From the IMG/VR virus record IMGVR_UViG_3300009151_000031: a stretch of DNA of 64,000 nucleotides. One strand, given 5' to 3'. The position numbers and the translations under genes were made by a program. This DNA comes from a virus. This document shows, in pieces, positions 8,601-19,597 of this stretch. Each line of letters starts with the position of its first letter. Position 1 is the stretch's first letter. Below the pieces are notes generated by a model that saw only the letters and a list, made by a program, of their open reading frames with translations, made no database searches and was not told the DNA's origin.

Positions 8601-11600
8601 TTTGTGTTCTTGTTTGATTCCACGCCTTTGCTGATGTAGAATTCTTAAACACGTAGCCGGCACCATAATTATTTGTTGTACCAGGAGCACCAACAACTAT
8701 TACATTGCTAGTAACATCAATAGCAAACCCATAATTATCATTATTAGCTAACTGTGCTTCTAATTCTTGTATGTAAGCATATGAGTTACCAATTGGCTCA
8801 AACAAATATGTTGCGCCACTGTTATAAATGTAATCAACAAAGTTTGTAGTGTCTGAATCGATTACAGTTTCATCATCGTCAAACGTAGTATGTTCTTCTG
8901 CAGGAGAACCGATGCTACCAACAGCCAATACATTTCCATTTGCACTTACACTGATGCTAGTGCCAAATTTTCCAATTTCGTTAGCAGGGTGTGCAATTGA
9001 TTCTGTAAACGTATAGGTATTTCCGCCTAGTGTGTAACGTTCAACTACGCCGTTTGCAATGCCAGACTTTAAGGATCCAGGAACACCAATATATAAATTA
9101 GTACCAGTGCTATCAATATCTATACTTGCACCAAAGTTGGCACTTTGATTGTTGTACTGGCTGGTTAGTGTTGATTGCGTTTTACTAAATGCGTTTGTAA
9201 TTAAGTTTCCACCGTACACATAAACATTTCCAGCTTGTGTGTTGCCATTGGTAGCGTATGGTGCACCGATGATTACTACATTACCAGTGGCATTTGTTTT
9301 AACTATATTAGTGGTTGATCCAGTATTTTGAATTACGTTGGCTAATACATATTTTACATTTGCTGAACTTGGGGTAGTATTTGCTTTGTAAATATGCACA
9401 GATGTGTTGCCGCCAATGGCTAATATATTTCCATCGGTGCTCATTGAAATGCTTGTTACATTGCCAACTAAGTTTGCGCCGGTAATAGTTTGTAGTGCTG
9501 TAATTACATTACCGTTTTGACGATAGATATAAACATTAGAGCTACTTGCTACACTTAATAAATTTCCTCGGCTGTCAATTGCTGTACCAAAGTTAGAATC
9601 AATCGATGTTAATGTTTGTGTAGATCCTGTTGTTATTGGCGTTACAAATACTTGCTTGCTGCCAGGACTACCTGAGAATATGTAAGTATTGTCTGAACTA
9701 ATAGTTACTGCGGAACCAAATTGTCCAGCAGTAGATATATTACCAGTTACCTGGCTACGATTCTTAGTAGACCATGGTTGTTTAAATGTATAAACACCCC
9801 ACCCGTCCACTGATGCATTGTCTACCCATACCGTATCGCCAGTTATCCAGCCATTCTTAGGAATGGTGTGATTTTTAAAGTCACTTAATGAGTTAATTTT
9901 AGCACTATCTAATGTATATACTATCCCTGATCCGGTAATAGTCAATGCTCTTATTAATGTTTGTAGAGGACTTATTGATGTTAATTTGTCTAGGCGTGTA
10001 TTATCAATTTGAATAATAACGTTTGTTGTATTTGGTACACCAATAACTTCATATACTCCATCAAATGCCGAGCTAAAGTATTTTAACACAAGAATATCAC
10101 CAACACTGAATGTATGTGTATAGTTAAATGTTAATTGAGCATTTGAATCAAGAATATATGTTAGAGATTCGGCTGTTAAATTGGACTCATTGACTCTTAA
10201 AATATTCCAATTATTCTCAATGTCTTTTGCTACCCACGCATAGTCGCCTGCACCTAGTGCAGTAAGATCTAATTCGGGTTTTGTAATATCAAATATTGTG
10301 TAGTCAACATCATTTAAATTTACGTAACCGACGTCTGGTAAATCTGTCATATAAACTGGATCAACGCGATTACTATATAATGAGGTAGTTGTTACTAATG
10401 TATTACTTGCGGTATACACATTTGAATTTGTGCATAATGCGTTGCCGTTTAAGCTAACAATAACATTAGCGGCACTATATGTGCCAGCAGACGTAAATAC
10501 CGCTGGGTTAGTATTAAATACACTTTGGTCTAAGATAAAATCTTTATAGATATTATTATTTAGATTTCCATACTTACCAACATTAAATGCCCATTCTTCG
10601 TATACACTAATTTCACCACTGACGTTATTAAAATTGGCTTTAGTTAATGCTGTAATTGCATTCATTGTGCCTTTTTGTTTAATATACCCTTGGTAAAATT
10701 TTGTTTGTGTAGGAATACTAATACCTAGGTCAGTTAAGTATTGTCGTTGACGGAATCCTAATAATCCTGCAGAATATTTTTGTAATGTTTCGTTTGTAGG
10801 AGGATTATCTACATCGTAGAAGTTAGAAAATTGTTGTGCATTTAATCCAAAGCTCTGCAATAAACCAGTCTGGATACTATCGTAAGGAATTTGTGTCCAT
10901 AGTGTAGGAATAAAGTTTGCGCCTGCAGATATTTTTTGAGTAGCGGTATAATAAAAATTATTATATTGTACCACGTCTCCTAAATTATAGTCTCTTCCGG
11001 ACTGCCACACATCGATATTTGGGTCGCTATAGATATAGCCGGCGGCACTCAATGAGCCATCCCATGCCCCAGTTTTAGTTCCTGCTATTTTTAAACGACT
11101 CTGCCGTGTTCCAGTTGATGGAATATAAATAATATCGCCAAAATCATCAACATTGTCAAATACTAATACATGTTCGTATGCTGTTACGTTTAACTTTGCG
11201 TAACAAATTGTAGTTCCATTTAAGGTAGATATCTTAAAACGGTTTCCATTAACTGCACTATTAGTTCTTACAATATTAAAATTGTTATTTTTAATAGGAG
11301 CAAAATTTTGATCTAATATTTTATTACCATTGGAAGTATTTGTAACTTCATCAACGATTACTCCCGCAGTTAACAATGTCAACGATGTTGCTACTGGATT
11401 TAACACAATAACCGAAGTAGTATTCCACCCCTGCTGGCTCCAATACATTAACTCTTTAATACTTAGTAACCAGTTCTGCTCTTCTTGCAAATCTGTGTTA
11501 TACGTATCAAGTTGGAATCCAATTGCCGTTAAATATCGTTGGTAACTTACGATAAAATCTGCTACCTGCTGTATACTAGAAAATACAGTACCGTACGGAA

Positions 11601-14600
11601 TAACCGAAACAGAGCTTTCACTACTTTGATATAAACTAATTGTTAATCCATTGACCGTAAGTGGCTGTTTCTTATTATCTGCAATGCTTGGTATAATAGT
11701 AAAGAACGGGTTTGTTGGGTCATACCCAGTTACACTCCACCCAGTGGTAGTTTTTTCAACAATTACTGCACTATATACTGCTGATCCAACCGGAACCGAT
11801 TTGTTTAAATAGATATTGTAATTGGTGTCTGGGATGATCACACTACCACTAGTACTACCGGGACTTGTTTGTTCAGCACTTACTGTGATAATTGATTTGT
11901 CAGTAAAGCCACCAACCTTATAATTTAGTTTGACCGAGGTATTGGTAAAATAACTAGTCAGTGTAGAGATTGGATCGATGCCGGTATTTTTAATACTATC
12001 GGCAATCCAATTGATATATCCACTGGTGCGATCGACTGTGCCACTGGCGCTGTTGCCGTTAACTGTTAATAAGTTTGGTGCAATTTTTCTATTAGAAGCA
12101 TTAGAAAATTGTCCAGTTTGCGGGCTCTTAAAGAAACGACTTGTATCTAATTGTGTAGCAAAATATTGAGCTGGACGAAGTAATGCTAGTGTTAATTGTA
12201 CAGAATATGGATAATCACTGCTACGACGCCATGCCACTTCGGCGGGGCTGTGTTGACCCGAAGAAAATGCATCACTCGAAGTAGATGAATGATATTTTTT
12301 AATTAACGGAATTTGTGTTGGGTCTATTAGATTACCCGCAGAGTCTACTGGGATAAATTTAGTCAACCCTGAACGAGCAAATCTATCATCAGTATACGGC
12401 GCACCGTCATTCCATATGTAGCCTGATTCTAAGTCTTCCCATAGTAATATGTTTCCGCTAGTATACGGTCCGTTTCCGTAACGACTTTCCCACCATAGTG
12501 GTTTGCTACTAAATCCTAGCATAATCCAAGGAGTTAAGTTAGGCGTATCTGTGTCAAACCAATAGTTATATATAGCTCTCCATGATCCTTGTAGATTAGA
12601 TCCGTCAATTACATCTGGACAGCTACCGTAGTTCCAGGTCCATGGGTTATTAACATCGTAGAATTTATTTTCTGTATAATTAACATTATTAGTGCCTACC
12701 CAGTTCATAAAACTTTGTGAGATTACTTGATTAAATTCAGTTAGACTGTAATCCCCTTTTCTAAATCTTCCAGGAATAGTATTGTATAAATCAATTTCAT
12801 TGTTATTGTAATCGGCTTTAATGTTGTTGTAGATACGACGTTCCAATTCTAATAGATAGTCGTCGCGGAAGTCCTTGGTGTATATGCCAGTAGTTTGATC
12901 GTAAGTTCCAAATGCAGGTGTTATGCTACCATCGTGTCCACGAATAACCATTGTAGGTGTTTGATATGTATTATCTAAATATATTTCTGGAAGAAACTTT
13001 GGATATAGCCCTAGCTTGGTTGGAGTTTCCGGAATGTAATTGCCGTCGGTATTACCATAATCTCTGATAACAATTTGAGTTTTATTTGCTACGTCTGCGG
13101 CAGCAAATTCTCGAGTAAAGATAATGGTAGGACTAATTTTATTAAAAGTATAGTCTACTCCAACTGTTTGTTGTATTCCGTTTACATACACTAGCACAGC
13201 ACGATTGCTTAATATTGTGTTATTAAATAAAGAATTAATTTCGTAGTTTACCTGACGAGCATTCAGTACAGTATAGGTCACTGTAGAAAATCCGTTGCCT
13301 TGCGGAACCATGTCACTGTAATACCACGGAAAACTAGAATTCTTTAAAGAATTAATATTTTGTAATATAACGTCTACACCAATTGATGGGTTATTGTAGT
13401 TTATGTTTGAAGTTGTATTACATAAAGTTAAAAATTTATGTTTAAATTTTGTATATTCTTTTTTGGCCAATGTTATTGCATCAACAAAACTAACTGTTGG
13501 GTCGTTTAAAAACGATAATGCGTAAACCAACGGTGCCGAATGCTGGCGCAACGTACCACCTTGATCTTTAAGATAGTTGTCCTGTATTGGTATTGGGTTA
13601 CTAGGATCAGATGTTGTGTTTTCTATTAATTTATTATAGTGTGTTCTAAGTTGACCCAACGTAATAGATTTAAAGTTTTCATTCAATGGATTTAAATCTA
13701 AGTTATCCGGAACTTCATAATATGCAAGTTTACTTGATTCTGTGCTAAAAATCTTGACATCAATTTTGTCATTGATTGCTGGTATAGTCGTAAAGACGAT
13801 TGCGTGATACACACCATACTTTATTTGTTTATAATCCATTTCGTTGACTAGCAACTTATTATTTAGATAAACCTTAAGGTGTGGTACTGTTTGTTCGTCA
13901 ACCGGTAATACATCAATTTGTACAAACGCAGTTTGTACTCCATTTAATTCAATTACGTACCCATCAAAGAATTTTGTAAATACTTGAAATTGTAATGTGG
14001 GTTCAGCCGATGTTGCCCAGTTAGTTAATTTTTCTGTTTTGTCTAATCCGATATTTTTAACAAGGTACCCGGTATTAACACTAATTTTTCCGTTACTGGT
14101 TGAAAAAGAATCTGTATCGTAGTAGTTGTTAAAAACAATATCACCAATATTATTAAATGTTTGGTATGTTAACGGAAATCCTAATAGGCTATCATTGGTA
14201 CCGGAAGTAGCAACTGCGTAATTAAAGAATTTAGTACCGGCAAATGTGGTGCCTGGGTACACCGTTATATCACTAAAGCTATAACCATCATTATCTACAA
14301 TATCAAACAGTGGTGCTTGATTAACATTGGTCTTCTGTTGAGATTGTGTCCATGTGCTTCCATCAAATGCAAAAGTATATCCTTTGTGGGAACCTTTTGT
14401 AACTAGTACATTTTGTCCAGGTAATACTGGATCCGACGCTACTTTGTTTAGGGTCAGATACGGGCTATTAATAATACTTTGGTACTGTACTTCCCATACT
14501 TCGTTTACAATAGCAGTATCAAAGTCTTTGGCAAACACAATAGTATCGCCATTGACCAAGTGAATACCATCAATTGATGCTGTTGTTTTACCCTCGTAAT

Positions 14601-16377
14601 CATTGAACGCATCGGTTGGCGTAGTTATAATATAACTAACCGATGTAGTTGCTTGTTGACCATAATTGAATAATTGTAAATTTGGTTCAAATTCAATAAT
14701 GCTACGTCGTGCAGATATGTCATTTCCGTAGTCTGCTACAGAATTATTATACTTGGCAGTAGACGTAATTACATCTCGATGGAACCAACGATTGTATCGC
14801 GACCATGGGTTACGGTCTTGACTAGCTCTATTAATTGTAATGTAATCAGGAGATTTGTTAATGTTTTGACCAAATGATTCTGGTACAATTAATTCATCAA
14901 CTGGGACCAGGTCTATGCCTGTGCCAACTCCCTCAACATAGTAATCTTTGTTAGTGTATGTACTTGGAGTAACAGAGCTATCAAAATGAATTTTCATCCC
15001 ATTGGCAAAAATTACTCCATTGGGGCTGGTATATCCTGCACTACCAATAATATCATTGGGTACATCAATGGTACTCGTTGAATTATCAACTAATTTTATT
15101 TGCCCTGTAAATTGAGGGTTACTACTATCTTGGTAATATAGATAATTAACGCTGGCTGTCATTACCGGCACAATCTGGTAACGCATGTTATTATCTAACC
15201 AAAACTGATTACTTGCATAAGTCTGGCCAGACGAAATAAAAACTTTTTGCTGAGGTTGTATTTGAGTGTCAGGCACAATCTGAAGTACTGAATCGGTTGC
15301 GCTAATACGTACTATATTAAGGCGCCAGATATTTGATCTAGTTGCTTTAGGAATAATACCAGTAACTGGATTGGCATTTGGGTTTGCTTTACCTGTAGCT
15401 AAATCTGGCGGCAACGGATCTGTTGGGGTAGTCCAATCTGTGTCCGCAACTTGGCCGCCTACAAATACAATAGTTTTGTTTTGTAAGTTATTGTTAATAC
15501 CATCCAATCCTGTTGGAAATTTGCTTATGAAGGTACTTAGTAATTGATTTTGTATATCTGTATATTTAAATGCCACTGCGGCATCGGTGCTACCGGTAGT
15601 AGGTCTAATAATTGGCATGTTAACATAAAAGTCTTGCGCTGTTGCCAACGGAACTTTAAATGTAATATCTCCGCTGTCAGTGCCGTTGTTAGTTACGCCA
15701 AATACCTGACGAGTTGTGACTGTAGAAATATTGGGATCTTGACCGGACGTACCAGGACTAGTTTGTATCCAGAATTTAAAACTTGGTTGATTAATTTTAA
15801 ATGTATATGTTCCGCCACGTGCCAATGTAAGTTGTGTATTAGGGTGCGGGCCTATGCCAGTGAATGTATATCCGCCAACTGAAGTGCTACGTGTTACTTC
15901 ATATGTAGCTTGATACGGAACTTGATTAGTTGAAAGAGATACAGAAGCCGGGCCATTGGGTAACCAATAGTAATTATAATAATTTACAAACTTATCATAA
16001 TCAAATTGACCATCGTAATTATAACTGTCAGATGAAAATAGTCTTTGATGGTTTGTTGTTAATAACTGACTGCTACCAGTATTTGTTGCAACGCTATTTA
16101 ATAAATCCAGGTATCCAGCAGTAAATTTAATATTTTTATTTTCATCTGTTACTACTACCCCGGATTCCAATTGGTAATTAGATCTTGATGTAATTGATTC
16201 GGGCACATAGTTATCACCTAGTTTATATGTAGGAGCAAACTTGCGTCCGATGTATCCGTTAATTGGAGTGTTTATTGCGCCAGTATACAACTGGTCCATG
16301 GTAGCACCAAGGAAACGTTTATTCGTGTCTGTGCGAAAAGCTTCTGGTAAAAAATTAATAGTGTTTAGTAGTGCCAT
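5620..16377 (-). CDS. Giant baseplate wedge protein (T4 gp7-like position) with an FG-GAP-like propeller
   Basis: 3585-aa ORF coupled to gp6 (TAATG overlap). It has LNYINEVKPYRTVIR and GTGAKGYATI..GSGY repeats typical of T4-like wedge proteins, plus FGxS/AIxx...GAPG repeats. Confidence 0.7.
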   Translation of the reverse strand: MALLNTINFLPEAFRTDTNKRFLGATMDQLYTGAINTPINGYIGRKFAPTYKLGDNYVPESITSRSNYQLESGVVVTDENKNIKFTAGYLDLLNSVATNTGSSQLLTTNHQRLFSSDSYNYDGQFDYDKFVNYYNYYWLPNGPASVSLSTNQVPYQATYEVTRSTSVGGYTFTGIGPHPNTQLTLARGGTYTFKINQPSFKFWIQTSPGTSGQDPNISTVTTRQVFGVTNNGTDSGDITFKVPLATAQDFYVNMPIIRPTTGSTDAAVAFKYTDIQNQLLSTFISKFPTGLDGINNNLQNKTIVFVGGQVADTDWTTPTDPLPPDLATGKANPNANPVTGIIPKATRSNIWRLNIVRISATDSVLQIVPDTQIQPQQKVFISSGQTYASNQFWLDNNMRYQIVPVMTASVNYLYYQDSSNPQFTGQIKLVDNSTSTIDVPNDIIGSAGYTSPNGVIFANGMKIHFDSSVTPSTYTNKDYYVEGVGTGIDLVPVDELIVPESFGQNINKSPDYITINRASQDRNPWSRYNRWFHRDVITSTAKYNNSVADYGNDISARRSIIEFEPNLQLFNYGQQATTSVSYIITTPTDAFNDYEGKTTASIDGIHLVNGDTIVFAKDFDTAIVNEVWEVQYQSIINSPYLTLNKVASDPVLPGQNVLVTKGSHKGYTFAFDGSTWTQSQQKTNVNQAPLFDIVDNDGYSFSDITVYPGTTFAGTKFFNYAVATSGTNDSLLGFPLTYQTFNNIGDIVFNNYYDTDSFSTSNGKISVNTGYLVKNIGLDKTEKLTNWATSAEPTLQFQVFTKFFDGYVIELNGVQTAFVQIDVLPVDEQTVPHLKVYLNNKLLVNEMDYKQIKYGVYHAIVFTTIPAINDKIDVKIFSTESSKLAYYEVPDNLDLNPLNENFKSITLGQLRTHYNKLIENTTSDPSNPIPIQDNYLKDQGGTLRQHSAPLVYALSFLNDPTVSFVDAITLAKKEYTKFKHKFLTLCNTTSNINYNNPSIGVDVILQNINSLKNSSFPWYYSDMVPQGNGFSTVTYTVLNARQVNYEINSLFNNTILSNRAVLVYVNGIQQTVGVDYTFNKISPTIIFTREFAAADVANKTQIVIRDYGNTDGNYIPETPTKLGLYPKFLPEIYLDNTYQTPTMVIRGHDGSITPAFGTYDQTTGIYTKDFRDDYLLELERRIYNNIKADYNNNEIDLYNTIPGRFRKGDYSLTEFNQVISQSFMNWVGTNNVNYTENKFYDVNNPWTWNYGSCPDVIDGSNLQGSWRAIYNYWFDTDTPNLTPWIMLGFSSKPLWWESRYGNGPYTSGNILLWEDLESGYIWNDGAPYTDDRFARSGLTKFIPVDSAGNLIDPTQIPLIKKYHSSTSSDAFSSGQHSPAEVAWRRSSDYPYSVQLTLALLRPAQYFATQLDTSRFFKSPQTGQFSNASNRKIAPNLLTVNGNSASGTVDRTSGYINWIADSIKNTGIDPISTLTSYFTNTSVKLNYKVGGFTDKSIITVSAEQTSPGSTSGSVIIPDTNYNIYLNKSVPVGSAVYSAVIVEKTTTGWSVTGYDPTNPFFTIIPSIADNKKQPLTVNGLTISLYQSSESSVSVIPYGTVFSSIQQVADFIVSYQRYLTAIGFQLDTYNTDLQEEQNWLLSIKELMYWSQQGWNTTSVIVLNPVATSLTLLTAGVIVDEVTNTSNGNKILDQNFAPIKNNNFNIVRTNSAVNGNRFKISTLNGTTICYAKLNVTAYEHVLVFDNVDDFGDIIYIPSTGTRQSRLKIAGTKTGAWDGSLSAAGYIYSDPNIDVWQSGRDYNLGDVVQYNNFYYTATQKISAGANFIPTLWTQIPYDSIQTGLLQSFGLNAQQFSNFYDVDNPPTNETLQKYSAGLLGFRQRQYLTDLGISIPTQTKFYQGYIKQKGTMNAITALTKANFNNVSGEISVYEEWAFNVGKYGNLNNNIYKDFILDQSVFNTNPAVFTSAGTYSAANVIVSLNGNALCTNSNVYTASNTLVTTTSLYSNRVDPVYMTDLPDVGYVNLNDVDYTIFDITKPELDLTALGAGDYAWVAKDIENNWNILRVNESNLTAESLTYILDSNAQLTFNYTHTFSVGDILVLKYFSSAFDGVYEVIGVPNTTNVIIQIDNTRLDKLTSISPLQTLIRALTITGSGIVYTLDSAKINSLSDFKNHTIPKNGWITGDTVWVDNASVDGWGVYTFKQPWSTKNRSQVTGNISTAGQFGSAVTISSDNTYIFSGSPGSKQVFVTPITTGSTQTLTSIDSNFGTAIDSRGNLLSVASSSNVYIYRQNGNVITALQTITGANLVGNVTSISMSTDGNILAIGGNTSVHIYKANTTPSSANVKYVLANVIQNTGSTTNIVKTNATGNVVIIGAPYATNGNTQAGNVYVYGGNLITNAFSKTQSTLTSQYNNQSANFGASIDIDSTGTNLYIGVPGSLKSGIANGVVERYTLGGNTYTFTESIAHPANEIGKFGTSISVSANGNVLAVGSIGSPAEEHTTFDDDETVIDSDTTNFVDYIYNSGATYLFEPIGNSYAYIQELEAQLANNDNYGFAIDVTSNVIVVGAPGTTNNYGAGYVFKNSTSAKAWNQTRTQMPIVDIDSIGRTLIYNKNNDNLLAALDYIDPAKGKILNAFGQDIDFQRGTDPALYNAGTNVVNQTIHWGPNQVGTIWWNLDTVRYINYEQDALIYRLNHWGDQFPGSSVDVYQWIASSQLPSDYTSDGVPMYPDNSSYSTYGYVTPNGVVNATYYYWVKNIQTVDKSKHNSIYSIAEAIKNPQSQGIPYTAVLRNDTVAVYNASHTLVGQSSVIQLGASNVQAKQTALVHSEYALVQEGNPTSQLPENIIAKINDSLSGIDRDGNPVPDPALPPGRRYGLSIRPRQSIVIDVVTALYNVITLVNAKLLAYPVTQRKVMTILNSSEQYPVSSLSTYLISVETFDELGYVDTNLISSGYSVLVKSDSNNLTKWAIYTWDGTNWSVATRPNGSPWVQTYKTNLYWQYADWYDATFDPTTTINVTVANNLEFGKLTLQPNTYIKVTDSGNGKFVIYYIDSNLEQTTVGIQDGTVQMQGIETDIPALELRQILLSMQKEIFIDDLAGNYNELFFVLIKYILTEQKNIDWAFKTSFISATQSIRKLQEFPSYIPDNQNFYLNYINEVKPYRTVIREYVVDYIGNDSYVSDITDFDLPPYWDAKLGVYRSPSGEQSYDATTLSASNSIYSQWNNNYKYRVVDTVIDLPGSGYLTAPQIVITGGGGTGAKGYATINGSGGLATIVITDAGSGYTSIPDIIINGTGSGAQARAVLKNVYDGNNNGHNLVRSVATTIKYDRVTYAGLSYPGVIIEGGNLRTYSGTTVTVGSPASNVASGFDATISSLYTSSLGVNPADIIVDGGEYVGRFSSYAPEELLPGRMYDSLNMKVFSNVNPGTNDYAFRIFTDINQVTTYYRISAANTTALASNLAITDSNIHVVNSSVLPIPNPGLAIPGVVFIGGEKITYYTNDTVNNVLGQIRRAVDGTPGVSLHLTGARVVDSSLTQVIPISTPTYANISGNLTMQDTSWYTPGVSNATTGTGLVNSTTVQAQFLLASPGYTP

Positions 16378-19300
16378 TATTGTGTAGAACCAAAGTTAAT
16401 ACCGTGCATACCTAGTTGTGCGGCTGTTACTGCTGTTACCACGTCGATATCATTTACTGTTGCAGCCGATGTAATAATTTCCCATGGTTCGGCATTAATT
16501 TGGAAATAATTACCAAATACCAAATCGGTGTTGCTTGGAACAATAAGTACGCTACTGATATTAGGTGCCAGTGTACTGTGTAAATATGCGGCCAATTCAC
16601 TAAAATAAAATGTGTCGCCAAAATCCCAGTTATTAGGATCAAAGTAATTATTAATTGTGGCAATCACCTGCGTTTTAATTTCATTGTCTGTAATACCAAC
16701 ACTAGGATTCTTAACTACCTGGAAACGTGCTCGTAGCCCAGCATCTGCTTTAGCACCAAACAAAGGTTTAAAAATAGCCGGATTATAAATGATTGTATCG
16801 CTAACAGTTTTAAAATCGTTTAAGCCAGCGTAATCTAATTCAAGCCCGCTACTGGTAGGCGGAAGAGGTTCTGATATAGTTCCGGTTAAATCTCGCAACC
16901 AGGAAATATAAGCACTAGAATATGACGACACTAAAATATATAAATCCATAATATTAACTGGGGTTGGATCAATGCGGCTACGTGCCGGGGCATTATGTTT
17001 ATATTGGAAATACAATTCTGATCGCGTTAAGCCAGTTCCAACTGTGTCTGTAAATAAATCTGGATTATCTGGAACTCCTGGCATTTGTGTGTCAGGGAAT
17101 GTAACTAATACAATATTTTGATCTATATACCCGTCTGGTTCAACTTTACTATTATAAATTTTCCAAAGTATATCTTGTCCTAGTGGGACACCAGGATTAG
17201 TTGGCTTGTCGTTAATTTTTAATACCTTAATGGTGTCAGTGATAGGTAATCCTGTTGTACTATCGTACACACTCACTGCCGGATCGTAATAAAAATTAGT
17301 GGTGCCGTCGCTTGCAAAAGAATAACCTACTTGTTTATATGTAATGGTATACAAGCCAGCATTATAATCAAATCTCATGCCGTGCTTGGTGGCATTTGCG
17401 ATCCAGGCCGTTTTGTTTCCAATGTCTGCTGGAAGAACATTCTTCCAGGTTTGATTTACTTGGTCGTACGTTAATCCAAAGTTTAATGTTGATTGAATCT
17501 GACTAGTAATAGTTGGTATCAACGACATTGGTAAATCATTCATATACGGAGGAATGATACTGTTCTTACCAGTACGGGTAGTGTCACTTAAAATAGCACC
17601 ATCAGGAACTACAGTGGCAAATGTTATTTGGCTTGGTGTACTAAAGTTGTTATTAGGAACAACACTAGATACAGTTGCATATAGATTTAAACTATCTGCG
17701 CCCAACGCTGGTGTGCCAGCAACGTTTGCATGATGGCTATCAAAATAATAGTTAGGAACTGCGGTAAATTGCAAACTTGCACCAGGTGCAATATATTTTA
17801 AGTTGCCGGTGATACCCGACCCAACTTGTAATGTATTTCCAGTAATAACATTAGCAAGATATCCCCAGCTTGTTGATGTACTATATCCAGTTCTATGGAA
17901 TACTACATTACCACCCAACGATGTACTTGTGTTATATCGAGGATATTTACTGTAATAGTAATTACGCATTTCTGTGCTATCTATTGCAGGAATAACTTGA
18001 TTGTATATAGCCGAGTAAATATCGTTGCTGGTTAAGAAACTAAAACTACTACTGCTAGTCAATGTGTTAGCTGTTAGTATGCCATCATCACCAAAAATGT
18101 TTGTTGAGCTGTAGCTACCGGTTGGATCAATCGCATCAAGATATAAACTTACACCACTGCTTGTACGATTAATTGCCTTAATCTTTTGAATGCTTGTATA
18201 ATTAGTTTTAGGAAAGATATTATAGTCTTCGCCTGTTACCATACGATTTTGTGTGTAGTACTGCTGTGGTGCAGAAGTTTTAATACTTGATAAGCTAGGT
18301 GCCGCGTTGGCATTAGTTACCGTATATTTTAAACTAGCAGTAACCGTTAGTGTCTCTAAGGTATTATTTTTACTAATGTAAGTAAATCCAATTTGCACAG
18401 ATGCTAGATCGTCTGGGCTTATTGCAAATGTTGTACCGTTGCTGGTGCGGTAGTAAAATATAAACGATCCTTGGGGAATATTAGCAAAGGACCCGTCACC
18501 AAATACTAAATTTACTTGGTCATTGTTTAGTGTATTAATCTGATATAAATTCTTATCAGTTAAATTATTAAACACAACATTAGATCCTGGTAATGCCGGC
18601 ACTGGTGTCCATTTAGTCTGTGGGCCACCATTAACATTCAAACTATATAACCATTGGTCTGAATTTGTAATGTGGTTTGTAGCAACTGATATAAAATTGT
18701 TTGGAATAGCATTAGTAATATCAAACTTAGTTGCACTTAGTGAACCTTGTTTAAAGAATGTAAAGAATCCAGTGTTATTACTTCCATTGCCATTGTTATC
18801 GTTGCGATAAAGGATGTTAAACTGACCAACTTTTGTTGGGTCGTCTTGATAAAGGTAGCTTTCGCCGACGCTTGTGGCACTTACAGCTTCAAAACTAGTC
18901 GGGGAACCTTGGACAGCAACTGAAAATCCAGCAACCGGCAAAGTATTAGGATTTAATGCAATACTGTATTCATCAGTTTGGATATTATTAATTTTTTGGC
19001 TGTTACCGGGTTTACCAATATTTTGGCTAGTGATTAAACTAGCGTTGATAATAGCAGTAAATTGTTCTAGCCAGTTATCATTTGTTAAATCATTCCAGTG
19101 TACTGTGGCATTCGACAAGTTAATGCCCGCACTATCAATTACATTTTCTGTTGTTTTAACTGAGTCAAATTTGAGTAATCCACTTGCCGCTGTTGTGCGA
19201 CCAGGATTGTAACTTAGCATACGTGCTAATTTTAAAATACTGTCACGGCGCTGAGCTGTGTCAATAAAGTTTTCGCGAGCATTTAAATCTGTGCGGAAGG

Positions 19301-19526
19301 CAAGGCTCTGTCCCAAGAAAGCAATCATATCAATTAAAGCCAGATATTCGCTTGATTCTAGGAAGTCATTGAATGTTTCAGGATAGTAAACCTTGATGTA
19401 GTTGATCATACTGTTACGCAGAGTTTCAAAGTCGTAACTTGTGAAGTCTGCGTTAGTAAACGATTGGTACACCTTAGTCCAGTCCTGCTGGACTAATAAA
19501 CTGGTTTGACGTGTGGTTTGTGCCAT
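16377..19526 (-). CDS. gp6: Baseplate wedge subunit gp6-like
   Basis: DFTSYDFETLR...FNDFLESSE...LAFRTDLNARENFIDTAQRRDSILKLARMLSYNP and YYTQNRMVTGEDY are T4 gp6/baseplate-J family motifs. Confidence 0.9.
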   Translation of the reverse strand: MAQTTRQTSLLVQQDWTKVYQSFTNADFTSYDFETLRNSMINYIKVYYPETFNDFLESSEYLALIDMIAFLGQSLAFRTDLNARENFIDTAQRRDSILKLARMLSYNPGRTTAASGLLKFDSVKTTENVIDSAGINLSNATVHWNDLTNDNWLEQFTAIINASLITSQNIGKPGNSQKINNIQTDEYSIALNPNTLPVAGFSVAVQGSPTSFEAVSATSVGESYLYQDDPTKVGQFNILYRNDNNGNGSNNTGFFTFFKQGSLSATKFDITNAIPNNFISVATNHITNSDQWLYSLNVNGGPQTKWTPVPALPGSNVVFNNLTDKNLYQINTLNNDQVNLVFGDGSFANIPQGSFIFYYRTSNGTTFAISPDDLASVQIGFTYISKNNTLETLTVTASLKYTVTNANAAPSLSSIKTSAPQQYYTQNRMVTGEDYNIFPKTNYTSIQKIKAINRTSSGVSLYLDAIDPTGSYSSTNIFGDDGILTANTLTSSSSFSFLTSNDIYSAIYNQVIPAIDSTEMRNYYYSKYPRYNTSTSLGGNVVFHRTGYSTSTSWGYLANVITGNTLQVGSGITGNLKYIAPGASLQFTAVPNYYFDSHHANVAGTPALGADSLNLYATVSSVVPNNNFSTPSQITFATVVPDGAILSDTTRTGKNSIIPPYMNDLPMSLIPTITSQIQSTLNFGLTYDQVNQTWKNVLPADIGNKTAWIANATKHGMRFDYNAGLYTITYKQVGYSFASDGTTNFYYDPAVSVYDSTTGLPITDTIKVLKINDKPTNPGVPLGQDILWKIYNSKVEPDGYIDQNIVLVTFPDTQMPGVPDNPDLFTDTVGTGLTRSELYFQYKHNAPARSRIDPTPVNIMDLYILVSSYSSAYISWLRDLTGTISEPLPPTSSGLELDYAGLNDFKTVSDTIIYNPAIFKPLFGAKADAGLRARFQVVKNPSVGITDNEIKTQVIATINNYFDPNNWDFGDTFYFSELAAYLHSTLAPNISSVLIVPSNTDLVFGNYFQINAEPWEIITSAATVNDIDVVTAVTAAQLGMHGINFGSTQ

Positions 19527-19556
19527 ATTTTATTTGCCTATATTACCTATATCAAG

Positions 19557-19562
19557 TATTTA
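19557..19562 (-). promoter_or_regulatory. Late promoter TAAATA for gp6 and downstream genes
   Basis: TAAATA on the minus strand in the intergenic gap upstream of gp6; matches the core of the T4 late promoter TATAAATA. Confidence 0.65.
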
Positions 19563-19597
19563 TCAGGCGGGATAATATGGTCAGTTAATTCGGGGAA

